From the NCBI GenBank assembly GCA_040954595.2, contig CM082596.2, forward strand, positions 3,090,656 to 3,154,655: a DNA stretch of 64,000 nucleotides. The letters are read 5' to 3'. The position numbers and the translations under genes are program-made. This stretch comes from Balanoglossus misakiensis. Lineage: Eukaryota > Animalia > Hemichordata. Under the pieces are notes generated by a model. The model saw only the letters and a program-made list of their open reading frames with translations. It did not search any database and was not told the DNA's origin. Below, one piece after another: positions 23,701-38,700 of this stretch (position 1 is its first letter; the number at the start of each line of letters is the position of its first letter).

Positions 23701-26688
23701 TTAGCACATTGGTTGATGTCCACCTTGCGCAGATCAATGTCCACTGTTACCACTCCCCTGTAACAAATAAACAAACGGAGAAAGTTTAGGAAAGTGCTTG
23801 ATGGTAATTATGCAAATTAGATGGCAATATGGCCGATCATAATGTTCAGATGTACAGGCGTGCACGCACATAGTGTACGTGCGTCTGTGTGAGCCCCTGT
23901 ACCATCTGGTAAATACCTTTCAGCTTTCAGGTTTTGACTATATTACATTCTTTTGTATAACATAGTGTGTTATACACCCTGCTTCCATTTAATGTCATTT
24001 GGCTCTATCTTTCGGGCATTAGTAATAACCATACTTGAGCATGATAAGGGATATAGGCATTAGGTTGAGCTGTGGACTTGTATACAGAAACTTTCACACA
24101 ATTCTGTGGAATATTTTCAGGAGATCATCCGGGGAGGACAACCTAAATGGTTATTGCCTTTGAGGAAAGCAGAATAGGACACAACAAGAATTGGTATACC
24201 ACACTCGTCCGTTTTCTGTGCTGCGATTGGCCGAAGTTGCCAGGTGAGTTGCGTAATCATTTCGCTTATACATGCGTTAGTTTTGGAAGCGTGAGGCCTC
24301 GTTGCTGGTCAACGAGACTAGTGCAGTAATCACGGTCCCTCCATAGATGGACCGTGGCGTAATCTAAAGCAAGGTAGTGTTTCATAACAAGAAACACTAC
24401 CTCTGTTTAGTACAACCCCCTTTCGCCCGAACGCGAATTTAATAAAGTGCGCAGGCGCGACATATGCTGAGTCAAGAAGTCACGTGGAAACCACGCATGG
24501 CTTGACTCCCAGGGAATACGCCGGCTGACGTGAACGAAGCGTGAGAACACAGAGGTGATACGGGTTTCAAGATATCAATTTGATAAGTGTTATCTATAAC
24601 CAATCAAGCTGGACAACTTCAATTTAATCCTGACATCTATTAGCAATGTACAACACAATGACAAGGAGTTGTAAAATATGATAGATCACCACTCAGAGGA
24701 ATCGATATCAGATAATATATGGCCGCTCATGGAACCTGAAAAAAAAAGATATTTTATATGATATTGAAATCCACTGGGGGCAACAGCCTCGTATACAGTT
24801 GGTTGTAAAATACTATAAAATCCGTAATTAAATTGTCTTTTCTTATGCTGTACACGCGAACATAGCCACACACGCAATCGTCGCTAGTACGAGTCTGACG
24901 GTTGTTTTAAGTTGTTCTGAGTATAGTCTGTTGATAAGGATTCCTGTAGTCATAGTACACTGACCGATAGAACGAAGCCTGATAATAACACTGTAAACAA
25001 CTTTCGGAGCAGTCGATTTGCAGAGGAGCGAATATGAAGGGCGCCGCCACAACGTGGATCTTGTGGGGGGGGGGGACGACTATCAAAGGCAGACACCTGC
25101 ATGTAGGAAAATTGCAAAACTGATAATGTTGATGTTTTTGTAAAATAACGATTTGAGAAAACCATTAGTGGTTTATTCACGCAAACGAAACATCATCAGG
25201 CAAAGACGGCACGCATCTGGGGGAAACAAGTCACGACACGACGACTCAAGAGCGATGTGCTATCTCTCTGTGTTTGTCGGCGAACGGGGTCGTTGTGTGA
25301 ATACGTGCGCCTCAACAAGTACTCTCAATGTGAGATCAGAAACGAACACCGCGCTACAAATAATGAAACAGTTCCCCAAATCTCCAAGGAGACGAGCGCA
25401 ACAGAGGTTTGTGCCCTAGTTCTTGACATGCACAGGGTAAACGCTGAACGTCCCAGATGTTTTGGCGTCCGATCCCTGCCAGTGATAAATATTGTGTTTC
25501 ACGGCTATGGTCGGTGAGTTTCGCGACAAGAGCTCGGTCAATATTCACATCATTTTTTGCGCATGCATCACGCATTGACGCGGCTTTAATAAATATCTCC
25601 CGCGGGAACCGCCGATCAATACTTTCTACATGAACCAGTGTGTTTATCCTTCCATCGCACGTAAAGTAAACCTGGCCAGTACTTCTCGTAAATGCTGCCC
25701 CTGTAGCTCGGATCATATATTGTCAGTGTGCAATTAAAAGGCGTCTAATAAACGCGATCCTTGGCCATAGAGCAACACTGACACGTCGATAGACATGTTG
25801 TAGTTCTGTTTGCGGCACATTGTGTGACATCACTTGATGGATTCAGATTGATGTCTGCTTGTTTACCGGTCTCTGTATTGATCTTCCTTATATCAACATG
25901 GGGTACATCATTCACATGCACGTTTCAACATTCAATAGTGAACCTCCAAAAGATGTGACTTTCCTTTGTACCTGCGTTCGAACTCGACGCACACCCGAAT
26001 AACTAAGTGCATTTACTTGAAGAAAAATCCATTTACTTGAAGAAAGATCGTTGCCACGGCAATTTACGAAGTCTCGCGAGATCTCGCAGCGAGCGGAAAA
26101 CCATCTATTATTTATCTCTCGTCGTGATAAGAGGATCAATTCTGTTGAATTAATCAGTGGGATGGCGCTGACCTTGACTGCCAAGATGAATGATATTAAC
26201 TCGACGGGTTGACTTGTTACCCGTGCCGAAATGGCAGGCAATTTACAGAATGGCTCACACGTGCAGCTCTATTATCTAGAAGGCGTCAGAAATCCGCCTC
26301 GATAGCGTATACCTTATGTAATTAAACTGTAAATAGTGCGTCTTTAGCCTAAGCTGTAAACGACGGTGTTACTGTTAGATATACGATAGGCAAATACGCA
26401 GAGCTAAAACCGTTGTAGCCATAGGCATTTTGACGTGTGTGTGTTTTTTTTATTTCACACAGCAATTTTATTTAGCCATGCAGACACGTTTTAAACTCAG
26501 TGACTATTGGCTGTTTATAACAATACCAATAACGATACCATTGAAAGTTTAATCATTCCGTTATCAGTTAGAAATTAATCAAGGAAATATTTGACAGCAC
26601 CGTAGCATTGTTTCACTGTCTCAGAATATTTTGTTTTAAAATTAAGGCCTGCTATTTTTGTCCCCTGTGCGTTGATATTCTCATATTT

Positions 26689-26719
<31 letters not shown>

Positions 26720-29700
26720 GGAGAGAAAACACATGATCTGTGCATCCGTACGAAAGATAACAAATTAAAGCATTACTGTCTGCATAAAATGTTGATGCTG
26801 TCACAGCCAATTGACATCTGTTGAATTAATGAGAGGTTGGCCAGATACTAGTACTGCTGACTGCAAAACAACAAAAGGCCCCTTTTCATCAATCCACTGG
26901 GGTTTTGACGGAGGATATAACCGGAGAATTTCCACAATACCCGTGGCATTTTAACTTTGCCACATTGAGTGCCAAAACACTTATCGATTTATGATGCGCT
27001 ATTAGGAAAAGTACAAGCTTTGGAGTTCTGACAAGAGAGACCAGATGTCTCATTCTTCAAACGTAATTCAAAACTCACCCAGAGCCCTGAAATATTTCAG
27101 AGTGCATTACGCTATGTATTAATACAGCGTCAGGGAATTGATAACCAGTGTGCGCTTTACAACGTATGTTCCAGGAACCCTAAACGAAAACACAAACAAA
27201 CGGAACCACATACAGTACCATCGATAAACACATCATACTGTTCTTGATATAAAAAAACTGTCGCATATGGTCAATATTAAAATTATTTTAATTGATTTTT
27301 CCAGTTCTATAAACCACGAGTCCACAATATGCCTTCCGTAAAAATATCATCGATCAGCTTAGTTCTGAGCAATTTCTCGTCTTCCGATAAACTCTGTTAT
27401 CATATAATGACAGTCTTATCCATTAATAATACATGTGACTGAAATATGCGTCAGTAATATGTTTAAGGTGCCCGTGCTTACGTCGCAAAATTCAAATGCG
27501 GATATAAAATATGAAAGGGTAACTGAAAACGTTGGTTCGTCCACCTCCTACGTAGATAAGTAAAACAGAGAAATGTTTAAAAATAAAACTGAAGGGAAAA
27601 TGTAAAGAATAACCCATCTGTTACCAACGATTTTATTTTTGTACCATTTGATGATAGGTTTAAGATGGACACTGAAATAGACACGACTAGCATCCGTCGG
27701 TCAACAAATTGGTAGTGTTCACAAGTATGAACGCTACCGAGTACTGCTAAAAATAGAAATACCAACTGAAATAGACAGAAATAGCTTTGATAATTCACAA
27801 GTGTAAAATTACCGATTTGTTGACTGATGGTGGGGCTAAACATAGAGATAACATGGACCCACTGTCGCAACCTTTGGGCGCGTGGCGTGTGTGGAAAAAA
27901 CCCACAGATTAATACGCCTCGTCTCATGCATAAAAACATCCCATTGACCTCGAAAGACAACACTTTGCGTGCGTGTTGTCCGCAAACCATCAACAGGTAT
28001 AATGTGATACACCACTTAGAAGACGCGCAGGAACTTCCTGAGCATTTCCACAGACACGAAACAATTTGAGTGTCTAGTTACAAGAGGAAAGAAAACAAGA
28101 GCTGCCAATCCCCGATCAATGAACCAACGGGCCTCAGTCCAATGATCTGAAAATCGTAATGGTCGCCCATCTATAGGGATTGTTGATTTGATGCAAACTG
28201 AACACTTTTCACTTCTTTTATGTTTTCAAAATCAAACAATGCAATCAATACAGCGAAGAATGAAAATACTTTCACATAAAATTTCACCGTTATGGCAAAC
28301 TGCCTCTTAAAAGCATGAACCTTGATGCAAGCACTATAGAACAATGATAGTGTTCGACTTTTTAACTTGTCAACAACTCTCAAATGTATTCATATTTTAA
28401 GCCCTCACACTTAACGTCAATTTTCATTACGCGAAAATGCATGTAATTTTCCCTCGGAAGGTTCTGCAATTGACGCTACCTGAAATGAGATTAGCATGTT
28501 ACCCATAGTGCTCACGGGGTCAACTCAAAGGATATGGAGTTGCATTGTGGGTAAGAAGTCGACCACTTTTGCCACAAAAGTGTATATAGGCCTATGTGTC
28601 CTTTTCGTGCCAACCATCACTATTGTGATCGTATAGTATATTTTGACAGAGGATGTAAATCAAACAGAATACAGCGAACGGGGTTTCAGGATCTTTCAAC
28701 CGGGAATGATGGTTACCATGGAAACTGCCAGTTTATCACGTGTACCGAGAATGTATTCACGGCACGTCACCGTGGCCAGGTGGAGGATTATCCCGAATTG
28801 CAGCTTGAGTTATAGTTCAAGTCTGAAGTAGAAAAGACTCTTGAGAGGGATAGCACAAATGCAGGGCGTAATATCTCCCAGTAGGGCAGCGAGACATGAA
28901 TACAGCGGGGACGTCCGCGAAGATTATAGTCATATAAAACAAAGTAGGTCGTGAAGCATATGGCAAGGGTTGCTACTAAAGGTAGCTTGTGTAGCGTCTG
29001 TTTATAGCAGAAAAAAACGTTCCGTGTGCACAGTTTGATCTGGTGATTGTCTACATGTATGCTAGTATGTCACCAACGATTACACTCAATTTCACTGTAT
29101 AAAGTTTGCTTGCACAACTGAAATAACGATGAGTCTGTTTTGCTGTTAGGCTGTCGAGCGCGCAACCAACAGCACGCACGGCAAACAAATTCAACGAGAA
29201 GCTATTCAATTATAGGGAAATTTGAGTCATATACCGGTGGTCCAATTTGACGATTTTGTGATAGTAACCCGAGTTTATTGCGTTCTGGGCGAACGCAAAG
29301 CAAAATGGGCAATTTTATCGGTTTGAGTCAGGGCAGATCACAGGCAGTGGCGGCCATTTTGACTAGAATGGTAGTAAACCCCAAAGTCGTTATTCAAACA
29401 AAATGTTATGACAACGAAGTACGACGTTTTAACGTTTAAAAGCATTTGTACGGAGAGCGACCTTTCCAGAAGATTATCCGTGGTTTTACTGCTTCTGTCC
29501 CCGTTAACTACATATTATTTATGAGAACGACACAATACTATTTGATTGCTTGCGTTGTGTGCCAGAAAAAGATATTTTTTCGTATAATGAATTAATAGCT
29601 TGCTGCAACGCAGATTTCAGTCGTTAGGACAAAATGATTTTTCCCTGCGTCATTTTGGAAATACTATTGGTCGTAAGATTTTAGATGTTTTTTTTTTTGT

Positions 29701-32700
29701 CATTTTGAGGGGTGTGTAGATAGTGTTACTGGAAACATCTCTTTCTATAGTCTGAAGAGAAAGCTTCTTGCTGATTGTGCAGAGTAATTAGAACGCAAAC
29801 CCACGATATGTCCACCATTCTCAGAGAACAGCGAGACAAAAACATTATTAAGAGTCCAGCGGTGATTGAAAACCAGGCAATTACACCGAGTCAGTGCGTT
29901 TCCACGGTAACTTAAAACAAACGTGTAATATCTTTTACATGTGACTTAAACTCGGCGCCCATTCGATGGTAAAATTCGTCACACGTAGCGAAAGACTGCC
30001 ACTTGGTATTCAAGTGAAGGTCAAGTACACGGGATTAATTCGACAAATGCAAAAATCGATCTCGTGAAGCAGAACGATCGATCTGAATAAAAGTAAGAAC
30101 AGTTATATTTGACAACAAGATAGAACGCGCTGAGAATGACAGGTATGACCCTATTTATCGACTGTCGAAATATAAAAGCAGATATCACGCAACTTCTATT
30201 GATTGGTGAAAATTTCAACGGTGTATTGAACGCTGTGTTTGTGATAAATTTTAGTACGGAAACAGTGTGGCTCGAACTCACGTTTTCGCGAGTATGATTG
30301 ATTCAGTGACGCGGACAACGTCACTGAAGTATAACAGTTCCACGATTACCGCATCTCATGGATAAACATCTAATAACCTTGCATTTTATAAATTATTTCT
30401 TCTCATGTTTCAAGTCAAGGAACTCGGCCAGCTGAGTTCGTTACTCTTTACAAATTCATCACTTTTCACTGAAGCACAGACAGGTGCATCACGGGAAAAC
30501 ATCTGAACAGGTGGAGGTCACACTCTTTGAATGTGATCATGTCCCTCGATATCGCTGTTACGGTTCACCGTACCTTAACCGGATGCGAGAGAGTTAAACC
30601 AAATCCACGCTTATGCCAGAAAACCCGTTTGTCAGTAATCAGTGCTTGCAAATTAAGCTTCGACTGTAGTGATTTTATTTCGCAGTACCCCTGCGCCACT
30701 TCAATTAAAGCGCACACGCTAATAAAGAACAGATTCCCCTTTCACAGAGGAAGACTGGTCGAGGTCAACTCGATCGGTCGCCCGAAGCAAGTACGAGAAA
30801 TGATCAATGCCTTATCTTATCTGCTGGCACCCATCACATCAGCCGTGACCGACAGATATATCTCCGTATCGAGGTCATGCCGTCCTTTGGCTGCAGCTGT
30901 GATTTTCTTTCCGCGTAAGGAAATACCGTCAACATTACAACGCGATAATTATAATCGGCTAAATAGACTTTGATACGTCCGTATTTGTCACGTCGGGTTT
31001 CATTTTCGCGTCCGAAGATGCGCGCGATATTCATGAGTAACGAGTGGAATGACCCTCTTCCACCTCCTCCTCCTCCTCCCCTCCCCCTCCCCCTTCCTCT
31101 ACACACACCCTGTCGTCGTTTTCTTTGCACTTTCCTCGGTAAACAACTTCTTTGTTGCACCTGAAGGTACAAGGTCATATTCGACCCTGGTGAGCAGGAC
31201 TGCACCATCTGCATGGTTGCCCATGTAATAGTTGTTGATCTGTGAAAGACGAGCCTTGCTCTTTACGGCCTATCACAGTACACTTTTTCCCGTCCATGTA
31301 ATGTCACAGGTTACGATCAGTCGCGCTTTTAGCAGTCACGCTAGACGGCGGTGTGCAAGATGAGACGCTGTAATTGCCGACTGTTTCACCAGTCTCGGGT
31401 ATAATGTATCAGGCGCTGCCATTACCACGACTACAATGGCTGGGCATCTCTGCTTCTTTGCTTGAAGGTCTAACTGTTGGTCAGGGCCATCCGGAGCGAA
31501 AGCACAAAACCCATACAAGGGCATTTGCCACAGTTGTACATGAGACTCAGCTTTGTCGGTGTCTACCTATAGCTGACGGGAGCAACACTTGCACGAGGCT
31601 AGCATTTATCTGCCGGTAAAGACCTACGCTGTCCTGGAAATTGCACGGAAAAGCGTAGTTTCTGAAACCGAATACCTGTACAACAGGAAATGTTATCACC
31701 CCAAGGATCAAGTCGTCCTCGTATATACCACACGTATACGATATCAATAGTGATCTCACACTCGACTGTGATCCATCCAGCTATGGTTTTCGACCACATA
31801 TCAGAAAGTTAGCCAAGTGCTTTAAAAAGCGATCAAAGGGAACGTGGTTTCCCTCGCAATTTGTTGTGGGGCAGTTGTTACATGTAAAACAACTCACGCC
31901 ACCGAGTGGGTACGTTCGAACAAATACGAAGAGATAATTTCCTGCAAATGTCCTGCTCTTACCGATTTCCTGACGCGCGAACAAGGACAATTTCTGTCCC
32001 ACTGTTCTGCATATCTGAGTGAAGGATATAGGCTCCGGAAATTTATCTCCCGCGCGGAGCAGATGCTGAGATTTGTTCACTGGGGAATTATCCCAAGCCT
32101 ATGGAATTTTTATCAGGGATTTTGACGTTAAAGTGCGTTCACCTCTGCAGCTGTGATTACGAGTACAAAATGCGTAATGGACGTGGCACAAATACTATTT
32201 CACCTGCGCAGTTGGCGTTGACTGTTCCCCCTTTCAGGGATTATAAATGTGTCCCAAAACACGGATGGGTCACAGTCAAATCATGTTCAAGTGAAGACTA
32301 GTAGAGCAGAACTAGTTTCATTAGGGCATTGTGACTGTGTTGTTCCCCAATCTGCGATCACCGACTTCAAGTACTTTGACCAAAAACACTTTCAAACGTG
32401 TCCCTTGAAAGTTAGGGTTGCGCATGTGGATAGATATTCGGTCGATGTTTGTGTCGACTGGAAAAATCTCGTATACATTTTAATAACAGAAGGTATATTG
32501 GGGCTGAAGTAATGTAGTGTTCACCCGCTGTGGAGGCATCAGACTGTTGCAATCGCAGATCTAATACATAATTGAGAAGCGAAATCCCGGCGGTGTGCAG
32601 AGCCTTCCTACGTTGTACGGCTTGTTTTTTGTTTTCGGTCACGGCTGAATACGGCAAATCTGCAGCTTTGTAAGGAGATGACGCGCCGGGCAAGGATGAA

Positions 32701-35700
32701 TTAATTCTAACAGAGCGCTCGTCTCATCCACGGCGGAAAATAGTCCAGAGATTGACAAGCAAAATTACTCTAAATGACAAGAATTTGTCAGAAACGGCAT
32801 GAATCCGTGTGCGCATGTCACAATCAATGGGAGTAATAACAGAGGCCGAGACGTGTCCAGAATGAAGAGATGTATACACTATAACAATCCCTCCTATTAC
32901 CTTGGGTTTTTCAACCATAACGTATCTCACTGCATGCACTGACGTATTCAACGTGTATAATGGTGTGTATGCGGGGGATAATTTTCAAATGGAGATAATA
33001 CATTTCCGTCCCAGTATTCGGCGTCGCAGTCCTGGAAATGAATTAAACGCGGCGTTATTCACTCGGTGCTCACTTGGTGAATTTGTGCTGTCGCTCAGAC
33101 ACGTGATTCAATCGACGTCAGCAGGCCTTGACGTCTCCCCCCACCTGCATCATTGCCAAGCATCGGCATGGCAACTGCGCAATGTATTTTATTATCAAGA
33201 ATCATTCTCAAATCTCAGTAGTGTCGTCTGTACGAGATCAACGGGGGCGGTGTGTCCGCGGACGCCCCGTCCTATCCACGTTCGGTTGACCTTGTATAGC
33301 TTGAAACGACGCATTAACGAGATCGATCTGGAGATGGGCATCAGAAAAGATACACCATCTGAATTCGTATAGATGTTGTGAAGTACAGTACCCATATCAA
33401 TTCCCGAAGGACGACTGGAGACGCGTGGTCGTCGTGTCGCTCTTTTTGAAGCAAAACCAAGGTGTTTGTTGACAGTGTACATGGCCAAACGTTCAAGGTT
33501 AGAAATCCCCAGAGAACCTGATCGCAAAAACCATACAATGTTCACCGATCGTGGAAAGGAAGATGCTATTATGGTTTGCAGAATTCATGAGAATAGCTGT
33601 ATCGTGTCTACCAGTGCAGTTTGGTATCCATTCCTTGTACTTACGCCACAAGATGTGGAACCATAGGCCTAATAGAATTTCTTTATGAATGAATGGCGGG
33701 GTCCAGCGGCAATATGTACCTTCCAATATTCCCATCCCGCTGTTAATAATCAGAATCACAATTCGTTTGGCGATCAATCAAGCCGTGTGTACAAGTAAAT
33801 CATCACATTGTACGGCCTTAATAGATTTGGCCAAATGCAATTTATTACGTAGGGCATTTTGCTTCGGTGAATGGGGTATACAGCATGATTAATCGTAATA
33901 GATTTAACTAAATGAAACATTACTTCCACTAGTGCACAGATTCTGCACGAAAGACGCTCTAATTTTTGATACAGGCAAAATGACAGTATCGCTGAAGGAT
34001 CTTTTGTTAACAAATAAGAATGCTATCATATTCATAGGTACATATAAACCTCTATTGCGCCCGCCGTCTTCTAGTTACACTAGTTTATTCCAATATGACC
34101 TCTGTCAGTACCTGCTTAGGAAGTCTAGATTCCAGTACACATAAAATAAAAATAGAACCTCTCATTTCAGGAAGAAACTTTATACCGAGTGATCGTGATT
34201 GACAGTTCCCGGACATCGCATCCGTTATGAGAAATTAAGGTCTTTTTTCAACGCAGTGCAACACACTCGCTAAATTGGCTTCATTATTGGGGGCATTCAT
34301 GAAACGGCCTGTTGAGACTAACCGATTCACTCCCCAGTGCACGCAGATAAGTCGACATATTGTCTGCATCTTTTAAATATTTATCATCCGCGATTGTGTT
34401 GTTCCGTATTGCTTTTTGTCCCGATTCACATTCAGCCCGCGTTGTGTTGTTTCCAAAGATATGGGTGCGCGATCACACTTTTGAAAAGAACGAATTTATG
34501 AGAGCTATTTAGAAGCGGAACCTCTGGGAATGAACCCTTCGCGGTTTCCATGCAAGGATGTTAATCTATTCAGCGCATTCCGAAATATTCCTGGCGGTAG
34601 CAAGCATCCCTGCGTGGCTTGCATATAAATTAGGCCGGGTTGGATCCCCGTGGCTAATGCAGAAGTCGGATTTCCGCATGTATGTAGCAGCTTTACTGTT
34701 GTGCATTTTGCTGTGCTTCTCTTGAAGGGGCAAGTGTTATGCACAGCTGACACTTAGTTTCCCAGTGTGCATTTCTATGCAAAACGACGGCAACGAACCA
34801 CGGTTACGTTATCTGGAAACTGTCATTTCCTTCTGAGAATCTATACGGTCGTTCAGAATTGTACACGATTCGTGACTGGTCTCTCCTGCAATGACAGGGA
34901 GAGATAAGGGTTTATCCGCCACGCTCACGAGTGTCCTTAAGAGTGTACCTCGTACTTTTCATCATTAGCGGGTGATTTGCATGGGGCAGCCATTATTGTA
35001 GATGTCGTTGCTCTTGCAAAGAGTACTCCGTTTCGATAGTTTTGCAAAGGGCGGACGTGCGCCTATCTGATGTGTCAGCAACAACTGGCAGTGTGTGCCC
35101 CCAGTCCGCGTTTTTGCGTTCACTCAAGTGGAGTTTCAAACGCACCAACACTTAACTCGCATCAGAATAATTCATCTTCGGGTGTTTCTCGTGTTGATCA
35201 AAGTATCCTATCTCTAGGCGACGCTGCACAAAGAATGCATCATGTAAGCTAAGCACACGTTCTGCCCCGCCGCCTCTCGCTTCTGCATCTATATACGGGT
35301 AAAGGCGACTCCACCATCCATCAACGCGGCGGGGCCACAGTTCAAACGCGTAAAACGCATTACCATGTCGAAGCTGTACTGCAGTAATGTGGTTTGTCTA
35401 GAATAATTCATCACACCGCATTTGCCAATGACGTCACGCGATGTTTAATGTGGTTCTCGACCTACCCAGTCTTGCTATTCAGATTCTATCATGTCCAGTT
35501 ACTTTAAATCACGTCCTGTTGAGCGTTCACAGGGCCGTGTGACTGTTAACTTCTAGATCGGCCAGGTCCATCCTACTTCAAACAAAAATCCCTAGTATAC
35601 TCGTGCTCATTACAAGACAATATTGTAATCTATAGTACCTTCTATGTGTCATCTATCAAAATATTTGATCAGCGGATTCATGTCCGTTGTCGAAAGTAAA

Positions 35701-38700
35701 CACAAGCGCTGCTATGGCAGTGATAATGTAACGCGGTAATCGTGTTTGTGCGTCAGGTACATCGTCGTTTGGTATTTTATTAACACCCACACACATTAAG
35801 CAGCCATCTAAGAGAGGTAAATGGAATCCCCGACGACGTCTGTGTGCGTTTTACCCCCTTATAAAACATCCATCCAAGAGCCGCCCAAACCATCCGCTGC
35901 TGGGCAGGATGACACCAATCGACCAATGGCGATGCGTTTCTCATCCCTACCTGTCTGGCGCCAATTTTCGTGCAGACGATGATTGTTTCTGGAGGAGAAT
36001 ATCTGTAAACCAGAGTCGAATTTCTCCCCTGTAGCTCCTCTTTAAAATTAAATAGAAAACCGGACTATCTCATGCCCTTCTACGCTGTGTTGCATCCAAC
36101 AACACACTACATATATGTAACGTTAACGTCAGTTCACCGGGGTGGATAAATTGAAGCACACATTTCCCCTGATCGAATAACCTAAATGCTAGGTCGATTA
36201 CCGGCAATTTTTGTCTCTAGACATTGAAAGATCACAAAATTGGACACGAAGGAAAATGTGTACTAGATAACATGCAGGAGGTAGTGAAATGAAACTTATT
36301 AAAGCATGTGCAACCAGTATATGAACTTAATATACTCCCCATCGAGCTTCGTTAAATATGCAAATTAGCAATATTCATGAAACTATTCAATGTTTTTCCA
36401 GTGTAGTTGCACCGTTTTGAGGTCACGATCTATAGCAAACGACATCGTTTTGGTACACCAATTTGGGACATATGCAATTTACAAGTTATTTTTATTTTGT
36501 GGGAAAAAATAGAACTGCCATTTTCTATCGGACCGTAATGTGTGATGATATTGTACCAGCGACCATCTGTAGGTAGAAACTCAGTTCGGTGGTGCGCATG
36601 CGATTCGGTCACCTCACACTTATCCGGGGTAACGAGTTACGTTATCATCAAGGGTGAAGCTACATATCGCCAAAACGCGAGGAGATACTTATCGCGCCTG
36701 TAAAAATCGATACGAAGGCAGCTGTACATTAAGATAATTCCATTATCAGTGATGATATTTCTGACTGCGCAATCAGTTAATAGCGAGAGGGCAAGAATAT
36801 AGGCAGACATTACAACCAGAATTGCAGAATGTTAGTCCAAATAATTGAATCTGTTCTTTGGGGAGTGTTTTCAAGTGTCTTGTATGCATGCTCGTTAGTG
36901 CACTTATACTGTTTAATAACATTACAAGCAGATGCTAATGGCTCCTCTTTTGTTTCTGCGTCAAGTCCTGAGATTGGAAAAATCAACGAAAACACAGTAG
37001 TCACAAGAAGTGTTTACTTTGAGTACAGTGAAACTCACAGGAAAAGAAATGACAGGATATATTAGCCGATCTCTGTCTTGATAAGCCTAAAAGAGCACTT
37101 TGAATCAATTTAACTGAAACTGGACTGTACTGGAATTTGTTAATATGCTTTATGTCGAATGACGTTTCAATGGGCTTTCCAGACAAGCTGAAATATTGTA
37201 AACATGTTTGAAAGACACTTGCAGTGTTTGTTTAGCGAATTATGAATCATCGTGCAGTTAGTATATTTAGCACATTCACGTGCACTATACTAGTATGTCT
37301 TGTACACACGGACAAAGATGGCCCAACAAAAGGGCGATATATCATCTTCTGCGCATGGGCGAAAATGGCCAATTTCTGTGTAAATATTTTATGATTCGTT
37401 CACTGAGAGAGAACTTCAGGCTTATCTGTCTCCCTGCTAAAGTAGGTCCAATCTCCTGGGATCGCTTTTTTCCGATCAATCATTGGCGACTTTATTACGC
37501 TTCTTGCCTGGTATAACACCCCCAGTAGGAGCATTACGTTTACATTCTAGCAGCAAATGTTAGTATGGTAGATTAATTCATAGAGATTTTGATCATTGTA
37601 GATTTATTCGATTAGAGATGTTTGTGTAGAAACACTCTATCTGGCCATTTGAATCTGTGGACGTTGTCAAGGGCAAATTTCCGTGTATCGCGTGAGAATA
37701 TTGAGGGGGTGGTGTAAACCAGGATTTGCATTTTTTCAGGTGAAATTTGTATATAAGACGTCGTATAATAGTCCATCGGTACACAAACGGGAATGAAATA
37801 TATCTCTTAGGCTTCACTCTCCCTTCTCCACCGTGGCAAAACAATTCCTATTATCAATAGGATTCCATTTCCGGTAAAATGCCGATGGGGAAGGTGTCGT
37901 AAAACGGTATGCGAGAATGGCAGTAAGATGGGCGATTGTGACAGGGTGATTTACGGCACACTGTGTCAACAGTAAATCTGCGCGCCTTACACAAGCTTGA
38001 TAACTTCATGAACATTTCATTACGGCTAATCCAGCGAGACATAGCTCTGTACTCAAAGGCAGTTGCAGGGCTTATAATGCCTTCAAATGTAAAGGTCGTG
38101 AGGAGAGAGATTCTTTCACACGCGTGCGGAATTTGCCCATGCATTCAAAGAACACCAGATAAATGCCTTTTTCATTCCATCCATGCGTTTGTTGCTAACA
38201 CAACCCATGTTTAATCATCAATATAGTAACACACATAAAGATGTCGTATCTTTCGCAGAGTTCTGTCACATACATATTATTGAGTGTTGGGAAGGCAATT
38301 CGCATGAGCAGATATAGGTGGATGTGTCGATACCAGACATGAATGTTTTTAATTTCATCAACATCCAAAACTGCATACGATTAATCACGTTTAGTTAAGC
38401 TTGCCTATCAGAGCCTGTACCCTGGCATAATTAATGGCCTGCGGTTCTGACACGAATTCTCAGTCGGGGAGGCCTGTGGTGGGTAAGGACTTGCAAATCG
38501 GAAATGTTTAAGATAAAAAAAAATGCCGCAGAGGATGATTAATGGCGGCTCTAATGTCCAATGATGTCCTGATACTAGAGGTAATTGATAAATAGTACTG
38601 GCGGATACAGGGGAGATTTTCGTGTAGTCTCCTTCAATTCGGTAGGTTAAATCTAGTGGAATTGACGGAGAACGGGTGACGTTTTTCTCTGTTAATAAAT

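Noticed and set aside
30302-30328. 10-bp inverted repeat TTCAGTGACG...CGTCACTGAA
   Set aside because: About one such short hairpin is expected by chance in 64 kb.
30834-31214. Gly/Arg-rich and poly-Pro ORFs
   Set aside because: Produced by the CCT-rich low-complexity tract.
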